Made by a program: the position numbers and the translations under genes
In this document: one piece after another, positions 62,591-64,000 of the stretch
How positions within the stretch are numbered: the first letter of the stretch is position 1
Layout of the letters: every line of letters starts with the position of its first letter
NCBI RefSeq assembly: GCF_002113885.1
Contig: NW_018480034.1
Span: 22,098-86,097 of the forward strand
Direction: 5' to 3'
DNA: 64,000 nt
Source of the DNA: Mizuhopecten yessoensis
Taxonomy: Eukaryota
The notes under the pieces: model-generated
What the model was told of the DNA's origin: nothing
Databases searched by the model: none
The model's input: the letters and a program-made list of their open reading frames with translations, nothing else

Positions 62591-64000
62591 GTAAGATCTT
62601 TCATCATGAGGTTGTGGCTTCACCTCAAACCTATATAAATATACTGCAAAACCTTTACATAATTTAAAAAGAGCCAACTCAATACCACCAAATTAACATA
62701 TTACAATGTCCCTTTTCCTATTCATAATGGCAGTATGTCACAAGGTTTCACTGTTGTGCGATGGTAACCAACAAGTGCTAAGGCGAATATCATTCAAATT
62801 TTTCTTTTCAAAAATATGAAACATCAGAGTTGTTTTCCTAAATCACCATTCTTTAGACATATATTATTTCACATCAAAATGAATTTTAATAAGATTGTAT
62901 GGCAGTTATGGAAATTGTTCAGCAAATAGTCTGTGCATCCATCAAGTGATAAAGAATATAAGTGTTAATCTGAGACTTAATTGTAACAGTTTTAAACGTA
63001 AAAATCTTGAGATTAAATCAAATATCTGGTCATTTTAATCTCTTTTTTTTATTAATCTATGGCAGCATATTAAAAATGGTTATACATTTTGAACAAAGTG
63101 TTAAATGATTTGTTGTAGTTTTCACATAACAAGGGCTCATCAATTTGCACTGAAAAAAAAAGATTGTCAAAGAAAACGAAAGAAAACCCCCAAAACAAAC
63201 AACATTTGGTAAAATAACTTAACAACTAATATCTAAACCATGAACTGACTGCAGTAAGATTGTCTCACATCACACCTTATTGCAGGCTCGTTATCCACAA
63301 ACAAATTACACTTATCAAATACAACATTCCACTCACTGGGATGCATAAAGAATTGGTGGCGAGAAAAAAAATCCACCATTTCCAATATTGTTGTCTATAC
63401 AGAATGAAGACATAGAAAAGGGTACAGACTAAATACATACATGCTTATTATGGGATGTATCAAGTAACCTTGACCTATTGACCTCTCTCTCACTAAACTC
63501 CTCAGAAAAGACACTCCATGTAATTTTGTGACCGCAAATGCAAGAACACATAAATTAAGATTTATTGTTGCAGAGACGGCAAGAGAGAAAGAAAGAGTAA
63601 TCTCCCCTTGGTCATGGTCCCTCCTTATGAGATGAGATGAACATCACTTTCATGATTCAAGACTCGTACTAAATGAGAATTAATCTCCCAATACAGAGCA
63701 TTATATAAAAACAGTTCAAGTTTTTGGCTCCAGCATAAAGGGATTAACTTTGGGCCGTCATCTCTGAAGCCCACATTTGATAAATATTTATGAACTACAT
63801 TGTGTATCGTCAATATTTGATCGGTAAAATAACAATTAACGTGCATCTCTGTGAGTGTACGACAGACACACTATCTACAAGTACAAACTACTGGGGAGGG
63901 GGCTATAGACGTTCATCATATCACATTCTAGTTTGATAATTAGTTTAAAAAGTATTGAGATTCTTGACGAGCACTATTCCTGATAAACCAATAAATTAGT

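Noticed and set aside
61300-64000. Possible long 3' UTR of a minus-strand gene beyond the window
   Set aside because: AT-rich with scattered polyA-like signals but no coding exon visible. Cannot be supported.

Overview
Eukaryotic, AT-rich, intron-containing genomic DNA. The repeat families (Helentron-associated HINE elements, many short MITEs, a Penelope-like RT fragment) suggest a bivalve mollusc; this is inference, not a database result. I reconstructed five spliced genes by hand, each with GT-AG sites and consistent intron phases: NAPE-PLD (-, 5 exons, 346 aa), TRMT10C/MRPP1 (+, 3 coding exons, 393 aa, head-to-head with NAPE-PLD), PQBP1 (+, 6 exons, 301 aa), a small Cys-rich single-pass Shisa/WBP1-like membrane protein (-, 3 exons, 178 aa), and an uncharacterised 191-aa membrane-anchored protein (-, 4 coding exons). 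The last is almost invisible in the ORF track, and its C-terminal half resembles the transposon-associated P2X7-'ballast'-like Cys domain. About a quarter of the window is tandem repeat (units of 33-77 bp). Notable structures: a 5-kb satellite apparently nested inside MITE termini; a minisatellite derived from an exon end, stop codon and splice donor; a 42-bp satellite whose inversions break at its own internal palindromes within a 9-kb rearranged and duplicated block; and tiny (20-150 bp) CA...TG insertions with 7-bp target duplications. No CRISPR, rRNA or prokaryotic features. Most long ORFs in the track are repeat artefacts.
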